Shown piece by piece: positions 1-13,037 of a stretch of 64,000 bases of DNA; the first letter of the stretch is position 1, and each line of letters starts with the position of its first letter. The notes under the pieces were generated by a model. It did no database searches. It was not told the DNA's origin and saw only the letters and a program-made list of their open reading frames with translations. The position numbers and the translations under genes are program-made. Source of the DNA: Eledone cirrhosa (taxonomy: Eukaryota); the NCBI GenBank assembly GCA_964016885.1, contig OZ024740.1, positions 54,188,001-54,252,000 of the forward strand, given 5' to 3'.

Positions 1-3000
1 ATCGAGAATCTAATTTTAATACGTGACGTATTCTATTCTATAGCGATTAGGTCTTCAAAATGTTTATTATAAACATACAGAATATTTTCGAATATTCTAT
101 GTCTATACTCACATATATATCGCTATTTCAGAGCATTTATTCCAATTTCTAATTTCTGCCGGACCGGCAACCGCTCTTTCAAACCAGTTCCAGTACACAG
201 CTAAGTATTCTATAAGTCTCTAGCTGTGTCATTCTCGATAAAAGCACTGGATATGTAGTCCTGATGAATTCTAACAAGAATGAAACGCGTAGATTACTTC
301 CCTTGCTTTTATCGAGAATCTAATTTTAATACGTGACGTATTCTATTCTATAGCGATTAGGTCTTCAAAATGTTTATTATAAACATACAGAATATTTTCG
401 AATATTCTATGTCTATACTCACATATATATCGCTATTTCAGAGCATTTATTCCAATTTCTAATTTCTGCCGGACCGGCAACCGCTCTTTCAAACCAGTTC
501 CAGTACACAGCTAAGTATTCTATAAGTCTCTAGCTGTGTCATTCTCGATAAAAGCACTGGATATGTAGTCCTGATGAATTCTAACAAGAATGAAACGCGT
601 AGATTACTTCCCTTGCTTTTATCGAGAATCTAATTTTAATACGTGACGTATTCTATTCTATAGCGATTAGGTCTTCAAAATGTTTATTATAAACATACAG
701 AATATTTTCGAATATTCTATGTCTATACTCACATATATATCGCTATTTCAGAGCATTTATTCCAATTTCTAATTTCTGCCGGACCGGCAACCGCTCTTTC
801 AAACCAGTTCCAGTACACAGCTAAGTATTCTATAAGTCTCTAGCTGTGTCATTCTCGATAAAAGCACTGGATATGTAGTCCTGATGAATTCTAACAAGAA
901 TGAAACGCGTAGATTACTTCCCTTGCTTTTATCGAGAATCTAATTTTAATACGTGACGTATTCTATTCTATAGCGATTAGGTCTTCAAAATGTTTATTAT
1001 AAACATACAGAATATTTTCGAATATTCTATGTCTATACTCACATATATATCGCTATTTCAGAGCATTTATTCCAATTTCTAATTTCTGCCGGACCGGCAA
1101 CCGCTCTTTCAAACCAGTTCCAGTACACAGCTAAGTATTCTATAAGTCTCTAGCTGTGTCATTCTCGATAAAAGCACTGGATATGTAGTCCTGATGAATT
1201 CTAACAAGAATGAAACGCGTAGATTACTTCCCTTGCTTTTATCGAGAATCTAATTTTAATACGTGACGTATTCTATTCTATAGCGATTAGGTCTTCAAAA
1301 TGTTTATTATAAACATACAGAATATTTTCGAATATTCTATGTCTATACTCACATATATATCGCTATTTCAGAGCATTTATTCCAATTTCTAATTTCTGCC
1401 GGACCGGCAACCGCTCTTTCAAACCAGTTCCAGTACACAGCTAAGTATTCTATAAGTCTCTAGCTGTGTCATTCTCGATAAAAGCACTGGATATGTAGTC
1501 CTGATGAATTCTAACAAGAATGAAACGCGTAGATTACTTCCCTTGCTTTTATCGAGAATCTAATTTTAATACGTGACGTATTCTATTCTATAGCGATTAG
1601 GTCTTCAAAATGTTTATTATAAACATACAGAATATTTTCGAATATTCTATGTCTATACTCACATATATATCGCTATTTCAGAGCATTTATTCCAATTTCT
1701 AATTTCTGCCGGACCGGCAACCGCTCTTTCAAACCAGTTCCAGTACACAGCTAAGTATTCTATAAGTCTCTAGCTGTGTCATTCTCGATAAAAGCACTGG
1801 ATATGTAGTCCTGATGAATTCTAACAAGAATGAAACGCGTAGATTACTTCCCTTGCTTTTATCGAGAATCTAATTTTAATACGTGACGTATTCTATTCTA
1901 TAGCGATTAGGTCTTCAAAATGTTTATTATAAACATACAGAATATTTTCGAATATTCTATGTCTATACTCACATATATATCGCTATTTCAGAGCATTTAT
2001 TCCAATTTCTAATTTCTGCCGGACCGGCAACCGCTCTTTCAAACCAGTTCCAGTACACAGCTAAGTATTCTATAAGTCTCTAGCTGTGTCATTCTCGATA
2101 AAAGCACTGGATATGTAGTCCTGATGAATTCTAACAAGAATGAAACGCGTAGATTACTTCCCTTGCTTTTATCGAGAATCTAATTTTAATACGTGACGTA
2201 TTCTATTCTATAGCGATTAGGTCTTCAAAATGTTTATTATAAACATACAGAATATTTTCGAATATTCTATGTCTATACTCACATATATATCGCTATTTCA
2301 GAGCATTTATTCCAATTTCTAATTTCTGCCGGACCGGCAACCGCTCTTTCAAACCAGTTCCAGTACACAGCTAAGTATTCTATAAGTCTCTAGCTGTGTC
2401 ATTCTCGATAAAAGCACTGGATATGTAGTCCTGATGAATTCTAACAAGAATGAAACGCGTAGATTACTTCCCTTGCTTTTATCGAGAATCTAATTTTAAT
2501 ACGTGACGTATTCTATTCTATAGCGATTAGGTCTTCAAAATGTTTATTATAAACATACAGAATATTTTCGAATATTCTATGTCTATACTCACATATATAT
2601 CGCTATTTCAGAGCATTTATTCCAATTTCTAATTTCTACCGGACCGGCAACCGCTCTTTCAAACCAGTTCCAGTACACAGCTAAGTATTCTATAAGTCTC
2701 TAGCTGTGTCATTCTCGATAAAAGCACTGGATATGTAGTCCTGATGAATTCTAACAAGAATGAAACGCGTAGATTACTTCCCTTGCTTTTATCGAGAATC
2801 TAATTTTAATACGTGACGTATTCTATTCTATAGCGATTAGGTCTTCAAAATGTTTATTATAAACATACAGAATATTTTCGAATATTCTATGTCTATACTC
2901 ACATATATATCGCTATTTCAGAGCATTTATTCCAATTTCTAATTTCTGCCGGACCGGCAACCGCTCTTTCAAACCAGTTCCAGTACACAGCTAAGTATTC

Positions 3001-3550
3001 TATAAGTCTCTAGCTGTGTCATTCTCGATAAAAGCACTGGATATGTAGTCCTGATGAATTCTAACAAGAATGAAACGCGTAGATTACTTCCCTTGCTTTT
3101 ATCGAGAATCTAATTTTAATACGTGACGTATTCTATTCTATAGCGATTAGGTCTTCAAAATGTTTATTATAAACATACAGAATATTTTCGAATATTCTAT
3201 GTCTATACTCACATATATATCGCTATTTCAGAGCATTTATTCCAATTTCTAATTTCTGCCGGACCGGCAACCGCTCTTTCAAACCAGTTCCAGTACACAG
3301 CTAAGTATTCTATAAGTCTCTAGCTGTGTCATTCTCGATAAAAGCACTGGATATGTAGTCCTGATGAATTCTAACAAGAATGAAACGCGTAGATTACTTC
3401 CCTTGCTTTTATCGAGAATCTAATTTTAATACGTGACGTATTCTATTCTATAGCGATTAGGTCTTCAAAATGTTTATTATAAACATACAGAATATTTTCG
3501 AATATTCTATGTCTATACTCACATATATATCGCTATTTCAGAGCATTTAT

Positions 3551-3556
<6 letters not shown>
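1..3556 (+). repeat. 310-bp tandem array (about 11.5 units, starts before the window), one type I hammerhead per unit; retrozyme-like
   Basis: Exact 310-bp period (CTGATGA at 261, 571 ... 3361). Only one substitution noticed (2638 G>A). Ends ...TTCCAAT and runs into (TA)n at 3557. Confidence 0.95.
255..297 (+). ncRNA. Type I hammerhead ribozyme (first of 11 copies at +310 bp intervals)
   Basis: GTAGTC-CTGATGA-ATTCT(AACA)AGAAT-GAAA-CGCG-TA-GATTAC. Stem I GUAGUC/GAUUAC, 5-bp stem II, palindromic minimal stem III ACGCGU, predicted cleavage after GUA (291). Confidence 0.9.
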
Positions 3557-3601
<45 letters not shown>

Positions 3602-5304
3602 TAGTTTGTTCATAAACAATAAGCGATCATATACCGAGTTCATAGGCTGAATATGACGAATTGATGGTAGAGCTATGAAATCTTGCATGCATTCATTTAA
3701 ACTCTTCCTACTAATAACTACCTTGTTTCATCTCATGGTCTATGTCGAGGAGAAATAAATCTCATTTGGTTATTCCATGAAAGTATCTTGGTTAGCTTAT
3801 GAACTTTTCAGTCTATGAACGTTTCAATCGGCCATCGTATTTTAGATATAACCAGTATCAAATTAAATCTCACAAATATCGCACAAATGTTAGCTATACT
3901 TTAAAATACTGTGCTCTCTATACTTCTCATTTCTTTGCCCTAATTTGTGATGTTAATCTACTAAATAGTGTCCTCTTTTGAATGTGTTCGCCCTCAAATA
4001 TATTATTTTGACCCTGCAGTGCTGCATGGTTATGGCTTTGACACAAACCTCCTTTGTATTACAGTAAAATATTCACAATATTACTTCTAACTAGCTGAGA
4101 TTCAAGGTTAAACTTCAATAGTGAGTTAGAGTGAACGAGAGATATATCATATGCTTATATACCTGTTCTCTCTAAGTCTTGTGCGTGTGTTAATGTAAAC
4201 AATAATATGCACCACTCTGTTGTTAATTATTTCTTGTTCCACATAATTCTGATTTTGAGTCATATGTATTCTCTTACAATATTTCACTTCGTAACAGAAG
4301 GTATGTTTTTTTTAATGTCACCATTAAGTACGGCAACCATTGGAGTGAAAGAGTAGGAGCGAGTACATTGTTTATATAGTAACATGTGTCATGTGATCAT
4401 GTTATTGTCAGTACGAATGTCAACAATGAGATTTGATGTCGAACAGAATAATTGAAACAACTGAGGCGTTCTCTCTAAATAGAAGAGTAAATCGACTTTT
4501 ATGTAGTCGAATAAACCTTTATACCGTAGTACGTTAATTAGAACCATTATCCATGCTCTCTGTCTTCATTTTTCATTTTATTTTTCAGATTTCGCCTTTA
4601 GGGTTTAATGAAATTTTATTTTCTTCAAACTATTGGGAATTTTAATGGCGTGAAAGGTCAAAAAGCAAGACAAATAAACAAAACAGAAAATATCAATTCC
4701 TTTCGCCTTATTAACTTAAAAGGTTATCACCAAATGAAAACCATATAAGAATTAAAGAGGTGTGTAAATCTTTGAAAATTGCCGTCGTTATTCATGCAAG
4801 AGATACGTTTCTTGATGAAGGCAAGTGAACTTCAAGCTTTGTTATGCCGCAAAATTAGTATCTTCTATATTATTTTCTCTGAAGTTTGGCGATAAAACAT
4901 CAGCTTGACTTTCACATGTTTTTCATTCTTCTATCTGTCTATTGATATAGTTCATTGAACTGCGGTCATGTTAGTTATTAATCAATCTGACCAGGATACT
5001 ATTTCAAGCACTTATATAATGAATCCTTAGTTATAGAATATTTAAATTTTACATTTTGGGGAAAAGGGATATGATTCAATTAACAAACATACAAAATATA
5101 GATAAACACACGCAAAGAAACACACACTACATACAAAAAATAATATATTCAGTCGCTCATACACAAATACTCAGGCAAACGTGCACACACACGCGCGCGC
5201 TCGTATATGTAGGAACATATGCGCGTGTGTGTGTATTCAATTTTACTTGAGTGTTTGTGTATGATTGATTGAATCTGTTTTTGTATGTATACATATATAT
5301 ATAT

Positions 5305-5560
5305 AAAGAGTCAGGATCACGAATCCAAGCGGCCGTAATGGGGTTCTGCCGAATGGTCTTTAGAGTAACGTTACGTGATAGAGCGTTTAGCTCGCAGATA
5401 AGAGATTTACTCCAAGTAAAGCTGCTTCAACTCCGGATTGAGAGATTCTAGTTCCGATACTACGAGCCCTTGGTTAAAATATGCCAGGAAAGAATTGCGG
5501 AACAGATTTTACGGGTAAGATCAACCGTTATGAGACTTAGGGCTAGACCTAGGGGTATAC
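5305..5560 (+). mobile_element. Decayed RTE-clade LINE 3' fragment
   Basis: Translates SRIQAAVMGFCRMVFRVTLRDR...LRIERF*FRYY...RLRARPR, resembling the RTE C-terminal IQAAEMxFLR...RIERSQLRW...RPRGRPR motif. Confidence 0.7.
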
Positions 5561-5647
5561 CTTGAGCAAGACTGAAACATATCTGTATAAGGTGAGCCAA
5601 CTTATACAGCTTCGTATGTAAATGGGGCTAATCAACCCATCAACACA

Positions 5648-5809
5648 AAACTTAAATGGTCCTCATACGGTCAATGCTTCCCTCTTCCTACTGCTGGAGT
5701 TTGAGACAGGCGAAAATATATAATTGTTTTCTCCTGTCTTCAAGTCCAGCAGTAGGAAGGGAAGCATTGTCCTGATGAAAAGCATTTAAGTTCAAAATGC
5801 TTAGACAAT
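5648..5809. repeat. Fold-back inverted repeat carrying a partial hammerhead (GAAA and stem III deleted)
   Basis: Arms CAATGCTTCCCTCTTCCTACTGCTGG.../...CCAGCAGTAGGAAGGGAAGCATTG, then ATTGTC-CTGATGA-A-AAGCATTT..AAATGCTT-A-GACAAT at 5766-5809. Confidence 0.55.
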
Positions 5810-5976
5810 TACCCCCTTGCTTCCGCCGCACTCCGCTCGACAGCGCTGCCGCCAGTCTTCTATTCATAGCTGAGGCTTTCAAAATGTTTATTTATCGAAC
5901 AAACCCTATATATTTAGATATACGACTTCACATACATATTTGTATACGCCTATTTCTAAGGTAAATTATAATTATA

Positions 5977-6190
<214 letters not shown>

Positions 6191-6738
6191 GCAATATTTT
6201 ATAATTTCATCTAACAAATGTCACTCACAAATCATTGGTCAACCCAAGGGCTCCGTATCAGACTCTCGACCAAGGTGCCAAGTAAAGAGATTGAATCTTA
6301 AACACTGTTACAACGCGTCCTCCTTAATGACATTCATGAGCACTGCATTTGATTTGAGAGGAAATTTGGCTTTTATTTCTAGCAGCTTATGTGCCCTATT
6401 AGGGCCACCTTCCTTCGCTCTTTTGTATGCTTCATCATGTTTTAATTTTTAATTTTGAAAAGAATATGGCTACTAATTAAATACCATGACATAGTAAACA
6501 TGATACATTTATTAAAATCTGCGTCAATTAATGAAGCAATGACATTAGCAATTTTTAATTAAATATGTTTGTCATCATTTCATCGTCAGCATTTCAATTT
6601 CCTGAATTATAATAATGTTTAATTATTATTTTAATAACTATTAATTATGTGCATAATCAAATACATAAATTCGTATATCTAATCTCATAACGCTTTTATT
6701 TTTCAATGCATAACGACATTCTTAAATGTTTAAAAATG

Positions 6739-6789
<51 letters not shown>

Positions 6790-7551
6790 GTGTGTGTGTC
6801 TATATGTGTGTCAGTGTGTGTGTTTATGCATGTGTGTATGTATGTGTGTGTGTTTGTATATGTGCCTGTGTATGGGCGCGTGTATATATTTATGTAGGCA
6901 TGTGTGTATTATAAATATCTATTTATGTACGCGTATGATTGCCTGTGCGTAGGTTTGTGTCCGGCTTTTATTAAATTTTTCAAAACCACTTCTGAATCAC
7001 TATTTCCCAATGAAAGTGCAGGAAGCTGTATCCTATTATTGATATCACTAATACCTTCGATTACATATTTGTGAAATTAAAACAGTTAAATCGTTATCCG
7101 TTTATTCTCGTGAAATTTTAAAAGATTAAAATGTTGGTGACTAATTAGAAAGTAACTCAGAAAATAATATCTTTAACAAAATTAATATTTAATCCCCGCT
7201 AAAAGTTTCTTTCCGACCTTCCTAAAGTAAAATGTTATAGATTAGAAAATATTGCTACAAAAGATACATATAAAACCCGGAAAACATGATTTGTGTTGGC
7301 CTAGGTCTAAAGAAAGGTTTCTTTTTATGGCAAACCAGCATGCAAGCCCCTTTTCTTTACACTACTGATTTTGTCCAAAGATTAGCAAGTGAATTCTGAA
7401 TACAAAGGGCTGAAAGATACCACAAAGTATCAGATCTGATGTTCTCACAATTCCACTGCTGTTCTCACAATTCCACTGCATTGGATGGCACTTAATTTAG
7501 TCAACCCTGGAAGGATAAAAGAGTAGGTTGTCCTTGGAAAGATTGGAACAT

Positions 7552-7553
7552 TT

Positions 7554-7586
<33 letters not shown>

Positions 7587-7732
7587 ATTATTTCTCTTTT
7601 TCTCTCTCTTTCTCTCCTTTTTTCTCTTTTTCTCTCTTTCTTATTCTCTTTTCTCTCTCTCTTTTTCTCTCTCTCTTTTTCTCTCTCTCTTTTTCCCTCT
7701 CTCTTTCTCCCTCTCTTTTTTCTATGTTTCTC

Positions 7733-7763
<31 letters not shown>

Positions 7764-7908
7764 CTCTTTCTCTTTTTCTCTCTATTTCTCTCTTTCTTCT
7801 CTCCTTTTTTCTCTTTTTCTCTCTTTATTATTCTCTTTTTCTCTCTCTTTTTCTCTCTCTCTTTTTCTCTCTCTCTTTTTCCCTCTCTCTTTCTCCCTCT
7901 CTTTTTTC

Positions 7909-7986
<78 letters not shown>

Positions 7987-7993
7987 TCTCTCA
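7552..7993. repeat. Polypyrimidine (CT)-rich low-complexity tract with internal duplication
   Basis: Direct inspection; a TTATTCTCTTTT...TTCTATGT block occurs twice about 185 bp apart. Confidence 0.9.
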
Positions 7994-10040
7994 ATTTAAA
8001 TTAGAACCTTCCAACATCATTTGATTTAAGATACTTTGGTTAAATCATGCTACAAATACCATTTTTAATGAAATAATAAATAATTTAAGTAAATCCTAGA
8101 GCTCTATTAAGAATAATTGAGCTCTAACACGGGAATAAAGGAGCCCGTGCATGGTATTACGTATCATTATAGAAGGTACTTGAATTTTATCAATATACTT
8201 TTGCCGTTTAAAAGGATGATATCATCAATATATATAAACGTCTATGTATATATGTTCCAAATTCTAGTCCAGCTTTGCACTTAGGTAGCTGTAATTTTAC
8301 ACGGGATTTGATCTTTCAAGCTGATGGCCATAGGCTATGTGAGGTTTTCTTAGATATAGTATTACTTGGTTGTAATATTTCTACTTGAATCGAGTGTTAT
8401 GATTTAATTTCAGTGGAATTCGGAGAGAGTATTTATGACATTCTACACTGGTTCACATCCACGCTTTATGTACAATGATTGTTTAACAAATTATTTTACT
8501 TTATTGATATATTCTAAAATGCATCTATAATTTTTTTGTTGAATCTACTATGTACAACGAGTGTTTTGCGATACTAACTGGTAGGATATGTTATAATAGT
8601 TGGAAATTGTTGGGCAAGTGGTCGTGGTATATATGGGTGTGGAGCAGACATTAATGCCGGGAAAAAGTTGTTATAGCTAAATATTTGCGTACGAGGATGT
8701 TGGGCTAAGATTTAAATGGAGTCAATGTTAGTTATTTTGCGATCTTTACAATTAGAAGATTAGGTATTGCGTGAAATAGCTTCTCCTTAACATCTATACA
8801 TGTGTAAATGTTTTCCGTAACCTTGTGGGCGATTAGTGAGGTCAGTAGAACTGCATATATGTAATTATATTTCCGTGCTTAAAATTCTGAGCTCGCCATT
8901 TGGATGCCCGTGTTTCTGGTAAGATGTCATGCATTCGTTTTACCTATATAATTACTAAGTAAGTTTCATGCATATTTTATGACAGGCATCGACAGGAACG
9001 TGTTTGTCTCATTTGTTTTTTGTATAATTTGGAATGGTGGATATTCTCTGTCTTTACTTGTAAGAATGTTTCTGAATCACTGCTGCAGGAATGTTGGGAA
9101 TTATGATATCATCATTTAGTTCCATAAAGGTAATTCAAATCCCGTTAATGATGCATGGCAAGCTTTCAGAATTTTGTCAGGATTAGAAATTTATTCTTTA
9201 GTTTGAAGTATTCACATGTAAATATATTTCCTGTGGATCTGAGAGGTTTACAAGAGATAAATCAACTTCATGCTTGTATCAATTCTGCTACAAAATCGTA
9301 CATTTTTCTGGATTATTTGTGTATTTTCTGATGGTGTCTGCAGAAGTATTTTCATGATTTCTTCTGAAACCCACATGAAAATGTGTTTAAAGTTCGTTTT
9401 CCGCATATTCTTCTGAAAATTAGTACTATGTCATTGAATATAGTTCGACATACCTTCTAAGCGTAACCATTATGTTTCTTAATCTTTATGACATTATATA
9501 TTTAGTATTAGAATATCCTGTATATTTAAGCATTTTTTAAGACAGTAGTGTAAGTATATGGGGTAGAAAATTTGACAAACATACTCTTTGTGATACTGCT
9601 GCTGCTGTTGATGTTGATCGAGGAAGAATGATGATAAATTTGACGTCAACAATGATTAAAGGAGAAGACCTATATTACTGAAGACGCTGATGTTGATAAT
9701 AATAAGCCTGTTGTTGTTGATGATCGTGATGATCGTGATGATGGTTATGATATTGTTCAGGATGACAACAAATACGTGTATTTGTGTCGAATGTGACATT
9801 ATCACAGTTATATTACTTCCAAAAAATAATTATACACACAGTCTGTAGTTGTATACAGACATAAATGTATGTATGTATGTATGTATGTATGTATGTATGT
9901 ATGTATGTATGTATGTATGTATGTATGTATGAATATATGTATGAATGTTTGTATGTATATATGTATGTATATATGAATATATGTGTAAGTGTATGTATGG
10001 ATGCATGAATGTATATATATATATATATATATATATATTG

Positions 10041-10112
<72 letters not shown>

Positions 10113-10631
10113 ATGCACGTATGCGTGAGTGTATATATATGCACACATATATCATAGGCGAGAAAAAATATTTTAAAATTGTCGTGAGGAACTAATAGAA
10201 AAGCTGTATTATCTAAACATGATAGAGCCAAAGGCACTGTAAACATTGCTATTTGTTGGAAAATATTTTATTAAAACAATGTATAATGTATATCAATGCG
10301 TGTAATAGTGTATCACTTTGAAATATGAGTTTGGTGGAATATGCGTGAGTTAGAAGGAGTGGCAGAACGAAAAGAGGACAGTGAAAACGAGATATTTCTG
10401 CTATTTTATGTATGTCTTTCTCACGATCTGTGGCATGAAAATAATTGGTAATGTCACATTTTAAAATCGTTTCCATCTGTAGCAAGATTAATTATATATT
10501 ATAGACTAAATTATTTGAAGTTCTGATTTTTCAACCAATGCTTCCAAGTACTGATAATATCGTATAAAAGAAGAGTTCATATATACGTTCGAATATATGT
10601 AATACAACCCGACCCCATATATATATGTATA

Positions 10632-10711
10632 CAAGGTGTCCCACAAAAAATATATAAACATATCATCAGCATTCTAATCAAAGTGTGTGTACATTTTGTG
10701 GGGATACTCTG
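10632..10711. mobile_element. Tiny Tc1/mariner-type MITE relic
   Basis: TA-CAAGGTGTCCCACAAAA ... TTTTGTGGGGATACTCTG-CA: imperfect TIRs with TA-like flanks. Confidence 0.5.
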
Positions 10712-10843
10712 CATATATATATGTACATTTCAAAATATACGAGAATCAATAACGAGAATCTGAAATACTCAGTTTCGGAACGGAGTAGCTTTTCACTGCT
10801 TTGCATATCACCCAAAGCAAACTATATCTATCTATCTTCCTAC

Positions 10844-10901
<58 letters not shown>

Positions 10902-11118
10902 CTCTTTCTGTCTAACGAGTGGAATATCGCCGGTAAGTTTTTTGTTAATTTCTATGCAAAAAACCGATCTAATTGTTTGAAAAAAATACAACACTTTGTA
11001 GATTAACCCCCAAGCTGAATTGTCAGCTGGGTGATAATCCCATTTTTCGCCCCTGTAGGGGCGAACATTTTATTTAAAAATTTGTTTTATAATATCAAAT
11101 TTTACAAAGTAAAAAAAC

Positions 11119-12996
11119 TTGAGCAACACTAGAACGCTGGAGAACGTTAATAGAGAAAAGAGAGAGAAAGAGGCAGATATTAACGTTATATCTGCTTCTG
11201 CTGCTATGGACGTTGCCATAGATACTGTCACAAAAGAAAAAAATAAATCAACATTTGAAAATGTTACAATTTCTACCGCCGAAGCGGAGAAAAATGACAA
11301 TAACACACGGGAAAACACGGCAAAAAAACCCATTGACATATATAGACATGAAAAAGACATCAACAACTCTACAGATACATCTACACATAAAATTTCCAAC
11401 AACGATAACATCATTATCAACAACAACATCACACAAAAAAAGAAAATGTCTTTCGCTGACACAGTCAACAAGAAACAAGATTTTATAAATCTTGATATCT
11501 CCAACGCAAGAGATATGCTCCAGCAAGGGAGAAAATTTGTAACTTTCGAAGAAAGAGGTGGGTTTAGAATTAACTCACCCCTTGAAATAAAGGAAGACAC
11601 AAACCGCCGATCAGTCACTTTTAAGACTGTGTCAAATTCGTCAAGAAAACCGACATTTGTTAATCAATCAGATATAGAAGATTCTTTCAAGGAGATTCTA
11701 GGAAATGTCGATTTTCTCCAGCGAGGAAAACAGTACGGAAGTGTTTCCGTACTGTTTAAAAGCGAGGTACTGGCCCCCAAAAACTCTGTGACACCAATAG
11801 TGTCAAAAGCATACACCTTTTACCCTACATACATGGGGAAAAGGACACAAAAAATAAAAATAAAAAACATACCTCCAAGCATTAACATCTGGTGGATCTT
11901 GGCTGGCTTCGTAGAGCCAGAAACAGACATAATACTTTCGATACGAAAATCCATTCGTCAAAGGTGGGCGGGCACCGATTTGGAGATTCTGTTGCAAATG
12001 AAACCGGAGAGAATCTCCAAAATACCCGACAGAGTCGTTATTGATAATAACAACAAAATAAACATTTCGGTAGAAGGACGAAAATTTCACTGCTTTCGCT
12101 GTGGTAGCACATCTCACCTAAAAGCCTCTTGTCCACAAACACACAACAACAACATCATAAAAAAAACACTATTACCAACACCAACACCAAAACAACCACC
12201 ACCACCACCACAAATACAACGACAGACGAAACGAGCAACCACACCAAAACAAACAGACACTCAACCAACAACAACAGAAAAAACAGAGACAACACCCCTG
12301 AAGAACACATCCCCACTCCATCCCACTCCATCAAACGCTACCACAAACACACATACAGAAACACCACCCCCACCACACAACATACCCTTACCCCACACAC
12401 CAGACGATGATTATTCATCGACGGATGAAGCTGCTTCTCCTTCTTTAAGTGAAGAAGAGGGAGAACCGCGGAAATCCAAAAAACAAAAAAAGGAACACCA
12501 CAAAACCCCCAAAACTCCAATCACCAACACCAACACACAACCACAGACACAAACAACAACACAAACAACACCACAGTCAAACACCCCCCTATCAGCAAAA
12601 CCAGCACCAACACCACCCCAAATACAAGCACCCACCATAAAAAGAAAACTCCCGGTTGAACAACAAACTAAAACAATACAACAAAAACACAAACAACAAT
12701 ACGCATACATCAACACAAACAACAAGAGTTTGATGGAGGTCATCTCCCAAAACCCCAAGGTGGAGACGGAGGGCAAAACTTTCGTCAAGGCAGAATCGTC
12801 TCCACACCTTAAACTTATAAGGGTTTCTATGGAAACCTATAAAGACCTGAAAATTAAATTTTCACAGGACGTGGCCAACCCCTGCCACAAACCCATCAAC
12901 CGCGTCCTGTTGAAAGGTTTCCCCACCCCACCCAACACCCTATCCAGCACCCAAATGGAGATTGAACAACCCGATCTCCAGGAAACGAAAAGGTAA
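11119..12996 (+). CDS. Tx1-type ORF1p (gag-like nucleic-acid-binding protein with zinc knuckle and Pro/Thr-rich tail)
   Basis: Open 625-codon frame (first ATG at 11206); CFRCGSTSHLKASC = CX2CX4HX4C; lies directly upstream of ORF2. Confidence 0.85.
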   Translation: MSNTRTLENVNREKREKEADINVISASAAMDVAIDTVTKEKNKSTFENVTISTAEAEKNDNNTRENTAKKPIDIYRHEKDINNSTDTSTHKISNNDNIIINNNITQKKKMSFADTVNKKQDFINLDISNARDMLQQGRKFVTFEERGGFRINSPLEIKEDTNRRSVTFKTVSNSSRKPTFVNQSDIEDSFKEILGNVDFLQRGKQYGSVSVLFKSEVLAPKNSVTPIVSKAYTFYPTYMGKRTQKIKIKNIPPSINIWWILAGFVEPETDIILSIRKSIRQRWAGTDLEILLQMKPERISKIPDRVVIDNNNKINISVEGRKFHCFRCGSTSHLKASCPQTHNNNIIKKTLLPTPTPKQPPPPPQIQRQTKRATTPKQTDTQPTTTEKTETTPLKNTSPLHPTPSNATTNTHTETPPPPHNIPLPHTPDDDYSSTDEAASPSLSEEEGEPRKSKKQKKEHHKTPKTPITNTNTQPQTQTTTQTTPQSNTPLSAKPAPTPPQIQAPTIKRKLPVEQQTKTIQQKHKQQYAYINTNNKSLMEVISQNPKVETEGKTFVKAESSPHLKLIRVSMETYKDLKIKFSQDVANPCHKPINRVLLKGFPTPPNTLSSTQMEIEQPDLQETKR

Positions 12997-13037
12997 GTGC
13001 ACCTTTCGTCCTTTTTCTCCAACTTTTCTTCACCAAC

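Noticed and set aside
1-3556. CRISPR array or ordinary centromeric satellite
   Set aside because: Units are identical with no unique spacers, and the context is eukaryotic. The per-unit ribozyme and dispersed second insertion argue against a plain satellite.
8050-9500. Possible decayed coding sequence on the minus strand (gag-like or LINE-like)
   Set aside because: Composition is suggestive, but I could not read a diagnostic motif; needs tBLASTx/HMM.
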